Positions 50,217 through 62,213 of a stretch of DNA of 64,000 bases are shown one piece after another. Source of the DNA: Daphnia carinata (lineage: Eukaryota); NCBI RefSeq assembly GCF_022539665.2, contig NC_081333.1:1054001-1118000 (forward strand). Reading direction: 5' to 3'. The position numbers and the translations under genes were made by a program. Under the pieces are notes generated by a model that was given only the letters and a program-made list of their open reading frames with translations, did not search any database and was not told where the DNA came from. How positions within the stretch are numbered: position 1 is the first letter of the stretch; each line of letters starts with the position of its first letter.

Positions 50217-52431
50217 CACCGCAATTTATTTAAAACCTTGATTTCAAAAAATGGTACGTTATTCAAATTTAATGGTGCCTCTACTGAATTTTCTTAAAGA
50301 ATTTTCCCCTTGAATTGCCCATCGACTAATGTTAACGTCATAAGCAAAACATTAAAAGTAATGGCTATTTTTCAATAACAATAGTCGATGAAATTGAAAT
50401 CTATTACCGATTGCAGAATAGGACGTAGAAGATAGGAAAGTAAACATAAAACACGGGGTTTTACTAATAGTTAAAAAAAAATTTTATTTAACGGTGTTAA
50501 GTTAGGAAGAAAAATTTGCTTTCAATTTCACCGCCAAAGCGCATCAACATTCTTTTGAAGTAGACCATGAATAAAGAGCCTGACCTTAAATGGACAAAGG
50601 TTAATGATTAGGTTAGACAACACACAAAAATGCCCGACAAACAAAGACAGGTGGACTATTCTCATGAACTCGGCTTAGGTTGCCATGGCGACTCACGTTG
50701 TCTATAGGCAAAAAAAAAAGTTCGGCAGCCCAACTATTTTTTTTTCCCCTATTTATTTTCTATAAAAGCCTTATCTCTCATCCCTGGGTCTTGCTGATCG
50801 TCGCCACCATCAGGGCGTCAGAAAGCTCGTGAACACTTGGTAGTTCCCAGACGGTGTTGACTCTAGCAATCGAATGGATGCCTGCGCAACGAGCTTTAAC
50901 TCGATGGATAATATGACGACAGTCTCTCGGCTCTTTTTTTTTTTAGATGTTCTTATTTCCTGTTCAGGCGGGTCTATGCCCTAATTATAGCGTAATTCTC
51001 AACGTGTCCTCTTGTACGGCAGCCCATCACGTTGTATACGGCACACGATTAATGATAGGCAGATTGACTGATGGCCTATAAAATAAATAATAGACTCACC
51101 GTTGTCTACTGTGCAATACGGCCTGATGAGCTTGAGAACGGACCACATGTCGATGTCGGTATTCCAACATCTAGCGCGTCAATAGACGTCTGTTTTTATA
51201 TGAGCTCCACTTCCAAGTTAAATACATAAGAAAAAAAACGCGATGGGGTTGCATTTTTTTTTTGTTTGTTTGAAGAAAGTGAATTTTGATTTCAATATAC
51301 ATGATCTGCATGGGGTTACACAAACATCAGTCTACAAAAACCATCAATTAAATTGATACAAAATATTTTTAAAAAGCTTGTGTGAAAGGGCCATAGAGTG
51401 AAAAATTATTTTCACAACTTTGTGCGATAAAAAAGAAAACATTGACACTATTGAAGTAGTTGATGGTAGGGAAGGTTGGATGAAAGCCATTGAGTCTGAA
51501 CTGTGTAAAGGGCAGGGCGCTGGAAAAAGCGGGGTGAACAGGGGGACTGTTGCTGACAGAACCCCTTTTTTTTTGTGTGTGTGTTCGAGGACCATCAAGA
51601 ATATCAAGCCAAGCGCTTCGTAATAAACAAATAAGAGGTCATCGAATATATATGGGATAGAACGCTGTGACACAATACGCATTGTATCAGCCATCTTTTT
51701 TTTTGCGGTGCGTGTTCGATGTAGTCTTTAATGGATTCGACTAGTCGCAGTTTGATGAGAATCACGAATTCAAATGAGAGAATGTGATCATACGTCAGCT
51801 TTGTTGTCTCACGCAGATTATGTTTCGTAATGGCCGTAAGAACGTGAGGCGTATCGATAAGAAATTGACGTTGTCATTGTGGCTCGTAACAGCTGGATTA
51901 TACGACAACGTGTGCGTACATAAGTACATAACAGTGTAACACATAAACTGATATGATGGCACATTTTCAGTTCCTTAGTCAACGCCAAATCCTGTTACAA
52001 TCATTCCTTCGTGTAATGTGTAAACTCGGCGTTTTAATTTGTGTTTGATCACGATAACAATACAATTTTTGGTGAGCGAAATGACAACTTAATGATGGGC
52101 ACTACACATTGCAAAGTAGTGAGCCACTCTGTCGGTCATTCATTAACTATTCAACGGTGCCCTTTTCCTCGTCATTTGTTTGTTGCGATCGACTCGAACA
52201 GAGGCGTTTTCCTTTTACCGATCACAAGCACCTCCATAATGAATTGCTTATGGGGTAGATACCTGTCCTTGCTTCCACCATAATATCAGAAATGTATGCC
52301 GGGTTCAGTAATAATCTCAAAATTATTTTCTAAAATGTTCACGATCTTATAGGCGTTCGTGAATTGATGTTACCTGTTTGTGTGGCCATGATTCGTTTGT
52401 TCATACGCTCGTTCTTTTAACACAGTTGGGA

Positions 52432-55382
52432 ATGGATCGGATGATGGGCCCTCGCAATAAAATGGAAGCTCTCTGTCTTGTGTGTGGGGATAAAGCATCG
52501 GGACGACATTACGGCGTGTCTTCGTGCGACGGATGCAGAGGCTTCTTCAAGCGAAGCATTCGCAGGTAATTTGAATCGATTCATACATTTTTTTTTCTAA
52601 TTTAATTTAGAAACTTAAATTCCAATCGGATTAAAAAAATTAGCCATTGATTCTCCATTACATTGTTTGAACGAAAAGGAATTTGGACTACCTGTGCAAA
52701 GAATCGAACCAATGTGTCGTCGATGTTAGCCGTCGCAATCAGTGCCAGGCGTGCCGCTTTCGCCGCTGCCTCGAAGTCAAAATGAAACGAGATGGTAAGC
52801 CATTTATTTCTATGCCATCAAGCAATACACTTTTGTTTTCCATGTGTATAAGAAAAAAAAAAAGGCTTCGTAATTATGGGCGCCCGTAACACTTAAAATG
52901 TCGACGCGGATTTGCGTGCGTGTAATTTATTTAATTAAGTCAACATATTTTAATATAAATAAGTAATAGATTTCAGTTTTGCTGATATGAGAATCGGGAA
53001 TGCGAGGGAAAAGCTCGGTAGGAGGAGCTACAGAGTGAGCCAATGGTGCGATTCGCACGTTCGGGAATAATAAAAACAGTTCTTACGCGTCTGTATAGCT
53101 AAAGACCCGCGCACGGGAAACCCTGTCCTGGCGCACCACACCCCAAAGATCCTTTCCCAGTATCAAGAGATTTCCATTGGCTGCCTCGTATGAATCACGT
53201 GATCTCCTAGTTGTATTGCGTGATCGCATGTCGATGCAAATATCTACGTTTTTGCGATTCTTTCCGTCGATCTAATTGTAATGCAGTTTCGCAGGCTATC
53301 TGGCAAATCGATCGATTTATTGAATAATCAAAGGGTTTAAATCATAATCAGACACCCGATGAAACGTAAACAAACGTGTTCGAATCACGAATTTACGAAT
53401 TGAATCGTATTTTCTTGAATTTGAATTTGAATTTCTTTTCGCGGATGTCGACATGTAACCCACTTAAGTCTTTGACCCTCACATAAGAATATAAATTCGA
53501 TTGAGTTTTAAGCAATTTTTCAATGGTGCATATTTTCTCAACGGATCGTTTTGAGTATACGCTGAATCAACATCGTTTTTTTATTGACGGTTAGCTTTGC
53601 GAGCAAACACGATTGAGTGAAATATGAAGGCAAGTGCCAAAACCACAAGAATCGCTTGATGCTTGTGACAATATTGAAAGACTCCATTAACGCATTCCCC
53701 CTCACCGCCCTAATGTAAGTGATCCCCTAAGAGTTTGAAAGGTTTTTTTTTTTTTTTTTTCCTCGTCAAGAGTTGGCGTGGTCACCTGTCAGTTTTCACG
53801 CATGTGAACGCGGTGGCTTCATGTCCCTATATCCACTGATATCAGACCAAATGTTCATCTGTTGGCCCAAAATCATTGATTCTTTTTCGCTCTTTTTTTC
53901 TTTAAAAACAAACAGCCGTTCAACACGAACGAGCTCCCCGTGGCGCCCTCAAGAGATCCTTTCAGCCAGAGACCGACACGATACAAACGCACGTCACGCC
54001 GATGATGTCGTTAAACCATCCGCCACCGTTAACATCGCTAAACGCTGCCTATCCGTTCTATGCTGGAAATTTGGCATTTCCTTGGCGTCCAGTTCTCGGC
54101 CTACACCACGTCCCGAGCCATTTCGCACTGAACTTCCTGGCGCCTCCACCGCTACCTCTGGCGTCCGATGGTCAGCCTCTTACCAATCGAGTCAAAGAAG
54201 ATGAAGTCAGCAGTTCAGCGGCTGAAGAACAATCGGTTTACAAACGGAGCGATTTGCGTAAGATTTTTTTAAAAATTGAAATATATCAAATAAAACAAAT
54301 GTGGCGCGAAAATTTGAATTGTTCAATTTGTAAGTGTAGCGGCTGCTAGTTATAAGACGTCCATTGCTACAAGGACGTCACCGGTTGCCGTGGCAACAGA
54401 CCCAGTCAATCAGTTGAACACGTCACAGTATTACCTGACAACTCGAGATGCTAATAACGATGACGTTAATGAAGCTGCTTCCCGTCTACTCTTCCTGGCA
54501 GTTCGATGGGCACGATCCATCCCCTCCTTTTCTCATGTAATGTTCGATTTTTTTTTTTTCTAAACATTTGAGCACATGAATTTTTTTTTATTTTTCAAAA
54601 CAATTTTAAAATGAGATGCACATATTTTTTTTTTTTTTAAATAGCTGTCTTACCGGGACCAATGTCTTTTGCTAGAGGAAGCCTGGTGTGAACTGTTCAT
54701 TTTAACGGTAGCTCAATGGGGACTCAACCTTGAAGAAGGTAATGAACTGTAGTCAAGCAGCTAAACATTTCAAACGATGTCCTTGAGTGTGATCAGGAAC
54801 CGAGTCGCTGGTTGGACATGTGGTACCCGGCTTACTTGTATTACATTGCCATTTTGATAAATTTCAGCAGTCAATACGGTGAGGAGTTGTCCGGAAATGA
54901 CGAACGAGCGTCACGAGCTTCTACTCGAAGATCTGCGACATTTGCACCAAGTGATTGGACGCATTCATCTGTTACGGCTGGATCACACTGAATTCGCCTG
55001 TTTAAAGGCCCTGATTCTTTTTAAACCTGGTATTTGATTTTTTCAACTAACTTTAAAAAAGGAAATGAATCATTAAATTTTCACCTTTTGCTCTTCGTCA
55101 GAAACTGTAGGACTACGCGACAGTTTGACGATCGAGATTTTGCAAGATCAAACGCAAGTCATGCTGCACGAGTATTGCTCGTCGTCGAGCGTTCAGCATT
55201 CGCACGACGTGTCCAACATGGTGCGAAATCATCGTCCCTCTGCCGTCGGTCGTTTTGGCAAATTGCTGTTGCTCCTGCCAGCTGTCAAGGCCGTCCAAAG
55301 CGCCAACGTTGTCGATCTCTTCTTTCGCAAATTAATTGGCGAAACACCCATCTCTCGCCTATTAGCAGACTGTACCCTGTAA
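52432..55382 (+). CDS. NR2E6: NR2E-family nuclear receptor (PNR-like, probably NR2E6)
   Basis: C4 fingers [118 protein letters not shown]. Exons 52432-52565, 52679-52794, 53916-54257, 54340-54536, 54645-54738, 54868-55029, 55102-55382; AATAAA at 55550. The family is secure; the subfamily rests mainly on the CDGCRG P-box. Confidence 0.9.
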
Positions 55383-57288
55383 TGCTTTATGCGAGCTACA
55401 TGTGTGTGTTTTTGTTTTGTCCCAATTGCAGTAGTAGGCTCATTAATCACTGTCGAATCTAAATATATAGGAGTTGTTCATCAAATTCTTGATTTTGAAA
55501 TCTAATTTTAGATTGCTCTAGTCATACCAGAATCATTCCGGATCGCACTAATAAAAACGTATAGCGAACAATGTAAAACGTGTAGTTAATCGTAGTCGTT
55601 CATTAACCAACACCAATTGTCATGGACGAATAGAAACGTGAACGGTTAAAGTTAAAACGTGTTCTTCATTCGTTTCGGTTCGTTTGACGAATTATTATGT
55701 AAGACTTCAAAAATAGTGTGACGTTAAATTCTGAATGTAAAATGAAACAAAAATAGGCAGTATTTTTATTAGAATAATTTAATCTCATGGTAGATAGGAG
55801 AATGACAACGCACACACACATAGACCACATGAATCATCAAACTGATGGAGAAGACGCACACAAACAAATGACGTCATATTTGTAATAATTTTTTCTTTCT
55901 TTATCTTCCGTTTTTTTTTTGTGTTTTGTTTGGAGAAGAGGAATTGGCATTTTAGATATTTTTTTTTTTTATGTTTTTCTTTTTGCTCTTCTTCGTCCAA
56001 TTTTGTTTCTCAAACGCCCTTTTTTTTTTTCTCGAAAACCATCACAAAAAAAAAAAGGGACGCACTGAAGAAATCATTCGGGGGGAGGGGCGGGACCGGG
56101 AGGGGCGCGTGTAGCGAAAGGGCTTGTGTCTTCATATTTTGTAAATATACAACACGCTAGCGGGAGGCCACCCATAGGGGGCACACGCGACACACACACA
56201 CCACACGCGGAGAGAAGGAGAAAAGAAAAAAAATATTTCCAACACACACGTCACTAGCAAAAACCCCCCAAAAAAAAAAATCAAAACAAAAAACAAAGAA
56301 TATATACCAATGATTATCAAAAAGAAAAAAAAAAAAAAAAAAGAAAATGAAAAATGCCACTCACGATGGGCGGAGCGCCATGCAAACCGCCGATGCTCTA
56401 AAACCTCTCGTGGATTCAAAATTTCTTTTTTTTTTCTTTTTTTCTTTTTTAAGATCTTCATATCTATCAATTTGTTTGTTTTGTTTTGTTTTGTTTTTTT
56501 TTCTCTTTTTGCTATGAATTTTTTTGTTTCTCTTTCTGTTTTGTGTTTATTCTGTTTGATGGGGGGCGGGAGCTTTGGGTCTGAACCAAATGTCCAGGTC
56601 TTTCTGTTTTGTTTGTTGTGGGGGAGGAAGGAAGAGGGGTGGAGAACATTCTTCGACTGCTACCACAGACTTTATTTTATTTTATTTTTTTTTTTATTTC
56701 TTCTTTTTTTTTTGTTTAATGGCATTTTTTTTTTATTTTAAAGGGAGACGAACAAATAAAAAAAAAAAAAAATTTGGAGGCGCTAGGTGGGAGAGGTTGA
56801 GGGACAAATGTCAAATCCAGTTAACATATAGGAAAAAAAAAAAAGAAATCCAAATGAGGAAGGAAATAAAAATAAGAAGATCAAAACCAAAAGAAAAAAA
56901 GTGGAGGATGTCAATTTTAAACGTGTCCAAAAGACGATCAAAGTGTACCAATTAAAAGTGAAATTGTTTTGTTTTTTTTTTGTTACGCGAATTGCAAGTG
57001 AGGTGAGGGATGAAAAAAAAAAAAAGAAGAACCAATCATGCGTGATTTGCATCATGAAATATTTTTTTCATTTGTCGCTTTAATTTTGTTTTACTGTACA
57101 CCGTCAAAATGTTCTGTTATGTTTCAAAACAAAAACACAAAAAAAAAACGCTGTAATATGAATGAATTGTTTTTTTGTTTTTTTTCGTTGATGATTTTCT
57201 TCTTCCTTTCAATTTTACAGTTTTTTTTTTTGTTTGTTTTGTTTTCTTTTAAAACGTGTGGAACATTTAGCAGAGAAAGTATGCGGAC

Positions 57289-57322
<34 letters not shown>
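57289..57322 (+). repeat. (AG)n microsatellite
   Basis: Read directly; similar tracts at ~59507-59529 and ~62050-62071. Confidence 0.9.
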
Positions 57323-57801
57323 TTGCGGGCGGGAATTCGGTGTTGTATTCGGGGTGGGGCCGGGAATGATGAGAGAGGAAGGACGTGCGCGCGCTACATT
57401 TCAACGTCAGGTACATCGGACGTGTGTCTTCATATTTCATTCATCTCCTCGTCATTTAATGAATCAAAACAAAACAAAAAAAAATAATAATAATAATAAA
57501 ACAACAACAAACTAATGCTTACCCTCTACCACGAAACATTTACGCGCTAACGCCTTCGACTGTGATCAATACCGGTAATGGATTGTTTTGAGTTGCGGTT
57601 TGTTTTTTTAATTATTTCGTTTTCTACACGAAAAAACAAAACAAGAAAAATTTCGGTTAAAAAATTTGCATTGACGGCAGCATCCGAGTTCTTATTTTAT
57701 TTTTTTTTTTTTATTTATTCTTTATTCTTTTTTCAAGAGTTGCGGAGGGGAGGGAGTTGAGGTTTGCGTGGGGGGAGTTGCGGGAGGAATTGATGGAACG
57801 T

Positions 57802-57810
57802 TGAGGTAGT
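57802..57810 (-). promoter_or_regulatory. let-7 8mer seed site in the Imp 3' UTR
   Basis: Plus strand TGAGGTAGT equals let-7 nt 1-9, so the mRNA has ACUACCUCA. Confidence 0.7.
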
Positions 57811-59600
57811 TCTGTTTGAAATCGAGGAGGTTTTTTTGCGTTTGTCTTTGTGTTTAAAACGTTGATTTGGAGAGTAGTATTGTGTGAGGCTGATTCCGAT
57901 AAAAACGGCGAAAGACGGGGAGCACATCCGACATTTCAAGCATATTACGGAAACTATTTTCGGCTTTCTCTCTTTTGCTAATTAAAAAAAAATAAAAATA
58001 AAAAGAAGGGGTTACCATGACGACGCATTGCACACAACATTTGGACGTAAACAAAAAAAAAAAATTATAGATGAAATCAAAAGGTTTTTTAGAGGGATAT
58101 TTTGGGTAGACGATGAAAGGAAAGATGGCAGGTGGTGCCCTAACACACGGAGGATTCTCTTTGCTATTGTCTTTTGTTTTTGTTTTTTTTTGTTTGTTTT
58201 TTTTTTGTTTGCTGTCAATTCGATCTGAGGACGAGACGGGAGGCGACAAAAGCGGGTCTATTAAACAAGACAAAAAAAAAAAAATGCGAATTTTTTTTAA
58301 GGTGCTATTTTGTGTGACAGACTATTTACCGAAAGGAAGTGGGAAGTCTATAAAAATGGGAACTAAACAGATGGTTGTTTAAAAAAAAAAAATTTTTTCA
58401 TGAAGCGACGAGTTAGATACGGGGCGGTATGAGCCAATTATAAAGGAGAACGAATTAAAAACAAAAGGGAGTTAACCAACCAATTTCGATTAATTTGAAA
58501 CTAATTTTTTTTCTTTTTAAAGGGGAGCGGGGTTGTTTGTCGTTCTCCTTGCAAAAGAAAGAACAAACACATTCGACGTTATTCTATCTTTTTGTAGGAC
58601 AAAACGGAAATAGAACCAATTTTTTTTTTTTTTTAAAGATTTTGCAGATTGAAAAAAAAAAAAAAATCTGGGAGTGGGGGGGGGGGGTAACTATAAAAAG
58701 GTATTCGAAATAAATACACTACCAAAAAAAAAAAAAAAAAAAAAAAAATTTATAAACTACGGGTTTGCGTTTTTTTCGCTGTTTTTATCGATCGATTCCA
58801 TGTTTCTAAATGTCAGCGATTATTAAATTCTCGGATAATTTTTTTTTTTTTTTCAAATTTTTTTTTTTTGTAATCCGGTCGATGGGGTAAAAATCAAAAC
58901 TAAAAAAAAAAAAAAAAAACACACAAAAGCTAAATGCCCATTAATGTGCGATCATTGGGAGAAATTGGAAGGAAAAATTCCAAACGATTTCAGGGCGCGA
59001 TTTGTTTTCTCTAATTGTTTTGTCTATCGATTGCTTGTACACTTTTTTTTTTTTTTTGTTTTCCTTAAGAAAAAAAAAAAACAAAAAAACAACGCAATCC
59101 CTTTTTTTTTCAGTTGGGGATCGGATTCGACATGTTCGGGCGGTGGCGGATTTCTTTTTTTCGGGAGTCACGATGAAAATTCTCTCATTCGCAAGTTTCA
59201 ATGAAATGCTTTCTTTTTGTTTGTTTTTTTTCGAATTTCGACATTGGGAATCATCGGCAGTGCTTGAAATTTCTGTGAGTTAAACTATCTCGTTGTCGTC
59301 GGGACGTTTTGGAGGGGAAAGGTGTGGGGATAGCTTTATAAAGTGTAGGAGGTCGGCATAGTCACTGGGATCCTGACCTTTCATCGTTGGTAAGTCTAGA
59401 CTTTATCGGCGGGTGTAGGAGTTGAGGGAGTAGGGGGGAAACAAAAAGAAATAACATATGCGATCAAAGAATGATGAAAAAAAAAGAAAAAAGAGGAAAG
59501 GGGCTCAGAGAGAGAGAGAGAGAGAGAGACAGAAAGAGGAGGTTCAATACAAATGCAATTCAACAATTATCCGTAGGTCAGCCACCGACAGTTGCTGAAA

Positions 59601-59609
59601 TGAGGTAGT
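59601..59609 (-). promoter_or_regulatory. Second let-7 8mer seed site in the Imp 3' UTR
   Basis: Plus strand TGAGGTAGT. Confidence 0.7.
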
Positions 59610-60745
59610 TGACGTCATCTTCCTTCATTGTCACATTTCAAATTTTTTTTTTCTTCTTCTTCGTCGACACAAAGCTTCCATTTTTTTTGCGCACACCTCC
59701 AAACGGCAAGAGGGGAGGAGGAAGAGCCGGGGACAGATCGATCTCTCTTTCATTTCAAAATATTGTTGTTTGTTTTGTTTGTTTGTTTTTTTTTTTCTGT
59801 TTGTTTCTTGTCATTGTGTTTTGTTTTTAAAGAGCAGTTGTTGTGTGGCATTTTTTTTTTCTTGTCCCAATATTTGTTTCAATTTCATGATGGTTCCAAA
59901 AAAAAAAAAACTGATCGCGGTGCGTTTTGTTGAGTTTTCGGGTTGCGGAGGGCAGAATTTTTGAAAATCCCACGGCGGCAAGAGGCAGGCGGATGGTCAT
60001 AATTGTACAAATAGAAAAAAAAACAAAAAAACAAATCTTTTTCTTAGATGTTAAAGTGCCACAAATCGGATCGAAAGAAGCGGGGGGAAATTCAATTGAA
60101 AACAATAATAATAATAAAAAAAAAGATATGAAAAGAAGAGCCACTAAACATTTGCTCTTTTTTGTTTACACAGTGAGCGGCTAATTTGAATTTCAAAAGG
60201 GAAGGGTTCAGTTTTGGTGGCCGTTTTCTTTTCTTTCAAAATCCGCAAAAAGCGTATGGACACAGGTAGAAATCAAAAGAGAGAACAAAAAAAAAAAAAT
60301 AATAAAAGAGCAAAGACAGCGAACTGGTCCCCCCAAATGAATGGCCCGGTCTCTTCAATGGTGCAATAATGATTCTTCTCTTTGCGCAAATAGCCGTTGA
60401 ACATTTTCCGTATCAAAAATAGCTCTTGATAACTCTTGACAAAACACACGGAGAGATACGAGGTGGAGGTGGCGTAATTGGCGCAACGCGACACACACAC
60501 ACACACACAGGCGCATCAGATGATGAAAAGAAAACAGAAAGGGCAGCGGGGGGGGGGGAATCAAATGTTTTACACTTCACATTTCAGAAGATTGAACTAT
60601 GAAATATTTTGAAAGAAGAAAAGAATTTGAAAAAAAAAAAAAAAGGCCATGGGAAAGGAGCCCAACATTTAAAAGAAAAGACAACAAGTTAAAGAAAGAA
60701 AACAAAAACAAGGGAGGAAGATAACGAAAATAAAAAATAGAGACA

Positions 60746-60755
60746 TCCCTGAGAC
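60746..60755 (-). promoter_or_regulatory. miR-125/lin-4 family 8mer seed site in the Imp 3' UTR
   Basis: Plus strand TCCCTGAGAC equals miR-125 nt 1-10. Confidence 0.65.
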
Positions 60756-60942
60756 GCAGACGCTGTTGAGCGATAACCCGATTTTCGACGGGCTCGTCCG
60801 GATGTGCATGCGTAACTAGGGCCCGTCTCAATTTTCAAAAAAAAAACAACAAAAAAAACAAGGGAGGGAGGAAAGAAATAGAGAAACGCACACAAAGTGT
60901 GCCCATTTTGTACTGAAAAAAGCGCCTCCTCCCCCGACCCTC

Positions 60943-60966
60943 ACACACACACACACACACACACAC
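60943..60966 (+). repeat. (AC)n microsatellite
   Basis: Read directly. Confidence 0.9.
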
Positions 60967-62213
60967 GAAAGAAGAAGAAATAATAATAAAAATGAAAAAA
61001 AAAAAAAAAAAAAGCTAGAAAAACTAAAAGACACAGCAGAATTCCACCAGCCTAACAAAACACGAACGCAGTCATCAACAACAAGAACAAACACGTTATG
61101 TCTAGACACACACTCGTATGTATAATAGTTCAAAAAAGACCCAACAGTCTTTCACTTGGGGCAGGCAGACGCTGACACACACACACACTCGCAAAACACG
61201 CACGCACGCACACGCACTAAAAGCCAAACACAATTGGCGCAATTGTTTTCGATGCAGGCCATTTTTGTTTCTTCTTCTTCTACTTAACTCTTCAAAAAAA
61301 TGAGAACCCCTCCCAAAGAAAACTAAAAAAAACAAACAAAAAAAACGAAAGATTACCTTCCGATTCTCTTTCATGTTTGCTCTATTATATATATAAAAAA
61401 TCCCTGAACAAATTGTTGACAGATGCTGGTTCGTCGGGCCGTTAATGAGCTCCCTCCCCCCAAGTCCAGAAAACACTTCACTTGTGGTGTTTTCTTTTAG
61501 AAAAAAAAGACAAAGAGGTTCATTTCCGATGTTGATCTACGTACGACCTCGCGCACTTGTGTGTGTGGTGTGTAAAATCAAAATATAAAGCCCAAAACGT
61601 ATTTTGAAGAAGAAAAAAAAACAAAAAACAAAAAAAAAATATTTAAAGACAACGGCCCAGCAAAACTGATTGCGAAGCTTCTTGTGGCTTCATCCGTCTC
61701 TCTTTCACGTTCCGCGCAAAGTATAGGGGGACTGATGCAAGGCAAAACGTGACTAGGGGGGTGGGGGGGGGGAGGTGTAGTTGGCGCCAAGGCAAAGAAA
61801 ATCCAAACGTCGGTATGCATCCAAAACTAGTGGAGTTTTCTTCCATGTTTTTTCATCTTCTTCTTCTTCTTCTTTGATTGTTTCGGTTGGCTGACGCACT
61901 CGAAGAACGTTTCCTACACACACACACACATTTCACTTGTTTTCTTCCTCTTCCAGAGAAGGGTTCTCTCTTACGATGGTCAATTGCGACACAATAGCAC
62001 GCAATAGCGCTAAGCGAAATAGGGGGGGGGGAGGATTTTCAAAAAAGAAAGAGAGAGAGAGATAGAGAGAGAAAAAGGCACACGGATAGAAGCACAGGTG
62101 GAGCTCTTTGCCGTCGTTCATTTTCCCATTTTTGAATTGAGAGATAGAGATAGAAAGAGAAAGAAAAAAAAAAAAAAAATAATAATAATAAAAATAATAG
62201 GGCGAGTCACAGT

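Larger units (their letters stand above)
55765..62213 (-). other. Imp: Inferred very long U-rich 3' UTR of Imp
   Basis: Continuous homopolymer- and microsatellite-rich non-coding tract from the Imp stop to an AATAAA (minus, 55765-55770); no credible exons; contains miRNA seed sites. Confidence 0.65.

Noticed and set aside
55034..55462. 142-aa plus-strand ORF
   Set aside because: Alternative frame over the final NR2E6 exon.
59601..59622. let-7 gene on the plus strand (also 57802; miR-125 at 60746)
   Set aside because: Identity stops after 9-10 nt and no precursor hairpin is evident; these are target sites on the minus-strand mRNA.
58027..62081. 7-mer seed matches for miR-92, miR-31, miR-133, miR-279 and miR-124
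   Set aside because: 7-mers are expected by chance in a 6.4-kb UTR when many seeds are tried; not supportable without conservation data.
55785..62121. Dozens of Phe/Lys-rich ORFs
   Set aside because: Translations of poly-T/poly-A tracts; non-coding.
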